From positions 1 to 56,994 of IMG/VR virus record IMGVR_UViG_3300037310_000048: 56,994 nucleotides of DNA. One strand, 5' to 3'. The translations under genes and the position numbers were made by a program. The first letter of the stretch is position 1, and every line of letters begins with the position of its first letter. Below the pieces are notes generated by a model. The model had not been told where the DNA came from, made no database searches, and saw only the letters and a program-made list of their open reading frames with translations. Positions 56,304-56,994 of the stretch are shown here, one piece after another. The DNA comes from a virus. Lineage: Duplodnaviria > Caudoviricetes.

Positions 56304-56994
56304 GCCGCCGGGTTCCCTCCCCACGTCCCCGCACCTAAGCGGAAGAACTCGGGCTCGACGTAGGGCAGGAAGCTCGCCTTCTGCGCGAACGGGTCGCCCA
56401 GGAACATCGCCTGCGTCAGCTTGCGCCAACTGTTTGTCGAGGCGTTGCAGGAGTTGCACGTCTCCCGCTCGGGGAACGGCGTCGTGGCGTGCGCCCGGTG
56501 CGCCTTGAGCATCCGACCTCGCGCCAGCTCCGCACGGGCCGCGATCCACTTCGGCGCCTCCACCATGCAGACGCGCGTGAAGCACTCCTCCCACGTCTCG
56601 CCCGCGCGTCGGTGCGGCTGAACAGCCTTCGGCCCGTAGTGCGCGATCGCTCGGAACCCTGGTAACCGCTCGTCCACCCTATCGAACCACGACGGCCACG
56701 CCTGTTGCGCGATGCGAATCTGATCGGCGCCCGCCGGGCTCTGTGACGGAGGAGCGATGCGGAGCTTCCGCGCCGGCATTCCATGGCGGTGGAACACGTC
56801 GTAGGCGTGGTTATAGTCCCACCTGTTCGTGCCGATCGCGCGCCACACGTCGCCGTCCGTCCAGTCGTAGATCGGCCGGCAATGCCGAGCGCCAAACGGG
56901 TTGGCCTTCGTGAGGTGGCCGCCCGCCGAGATCACGGAGCACGAGCGGATGATCGACTCCTGCGCGCGCACCCCCATCAAGACGAACAGGTCCC
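56300..56994 (-). CDS. PAPS reductase-like protein, C-terminal part (begins at 587)
   Basis: GVRAQESIIR, RPIYDWTDGDVW, WDYNHAYD, LRIAPP, CNSC. Confidence 0.88.
   Translation of the reverse strand, partial: DLFVLMGVRAQESIIRSCSVISAGGHLTKANPFGARHCRPIYDWTDGDVWRAIGTNRWDYNHAYDVFHRHGMPARKLRIAPPSQSPAGADQIRIAQQAWPSWFDRVDERLPGFRAIAHYGPKAVQPHRRAGETWEECFTRVCMVEAPKWIAARAELARGRMLKAHRAHATTPFPERETCNSCNASTNSWRKLTQAMFLGDPFAQKASFLPYVEPEFFRLGAGTWGGNPAA
56853..56994. repeat. Terminal direct repeat, right copy
   Basis: Copy of 1-142 with one mismatch. Confidence 0.95.

Larger units (their letters stand above)
1..56994. mobile_element. Complete tailed bacteriophage genome (siphovirus-like, Caudoviricetes)
   Basis: Terminase, portal, protease, capsid, neck, tail tube, chaperones, tape measure and replication modules all present; circular ends; no host housekeeping genes. 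Confidence 0.95.

Noticed and set aside
1-56994. Lysogeny module / attP, tRNAs, DNA polymerase, contractile tail
   Set aside because: No integrase, cloverleaf, polymerase or sheath motifs recognised by eye; absence not computationally verified
1-56994. High frequency of CTCGAG/TCGA/CGATCG as a dedicated repeat system
   Set aside because: Can be explained by codon usage (CTC GAG, GCG ATC G); cannot test enrichment without computation

Overview
The window appears to be a complete, circularly permuted genome (~56,852 bp unique) of a GC-rich tailed dsDNA phage with siphovirus-type morphogenesis genes. Bases 1-142 repeat at 56853-56994 with one mismatch, and one gene reads in frame across the join. 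A divergent control region (~16.76-17.11 kb) separates two arms. The short plus-strand arm (17.1-24.1 kb) carries a UvrD-like helicase, a Cas4/RecB-like nuclease, a Sak4-like ATPase, an SSB-like protein, a thermonuclease and an M15A peptidase. The long minus-strand arm runs from DUF932, replication initiator (with internal origin-like repeats), primase-helicase, ParB-MT-A70 fusion, RuvC-like, LexA-like, HNH and a split DNA methyltransferase, across the join, into packaging, head, neck, tail, fibre and patatin genes. The most notable feature is a translationally coupled cluster directly upstream of the terminase: class I SAM methyltransferase, amino-DNA-methyltransferase-like protein, PAPS-reductase/PP-loop (IbrA/DndC-like) protein, GT-A glycosyltransferase and ParB/Srx (IbrB-like) protein. 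It is a candidate DNA or virion hypermodification pathway. No integrase, DNA polymerase, tail sheath, tRNA or CRISPR array was recognised. All functional calls come from motif recognition by eye, not database searches. Several apparent frameshifts at homopolymers may be sequencing errors.
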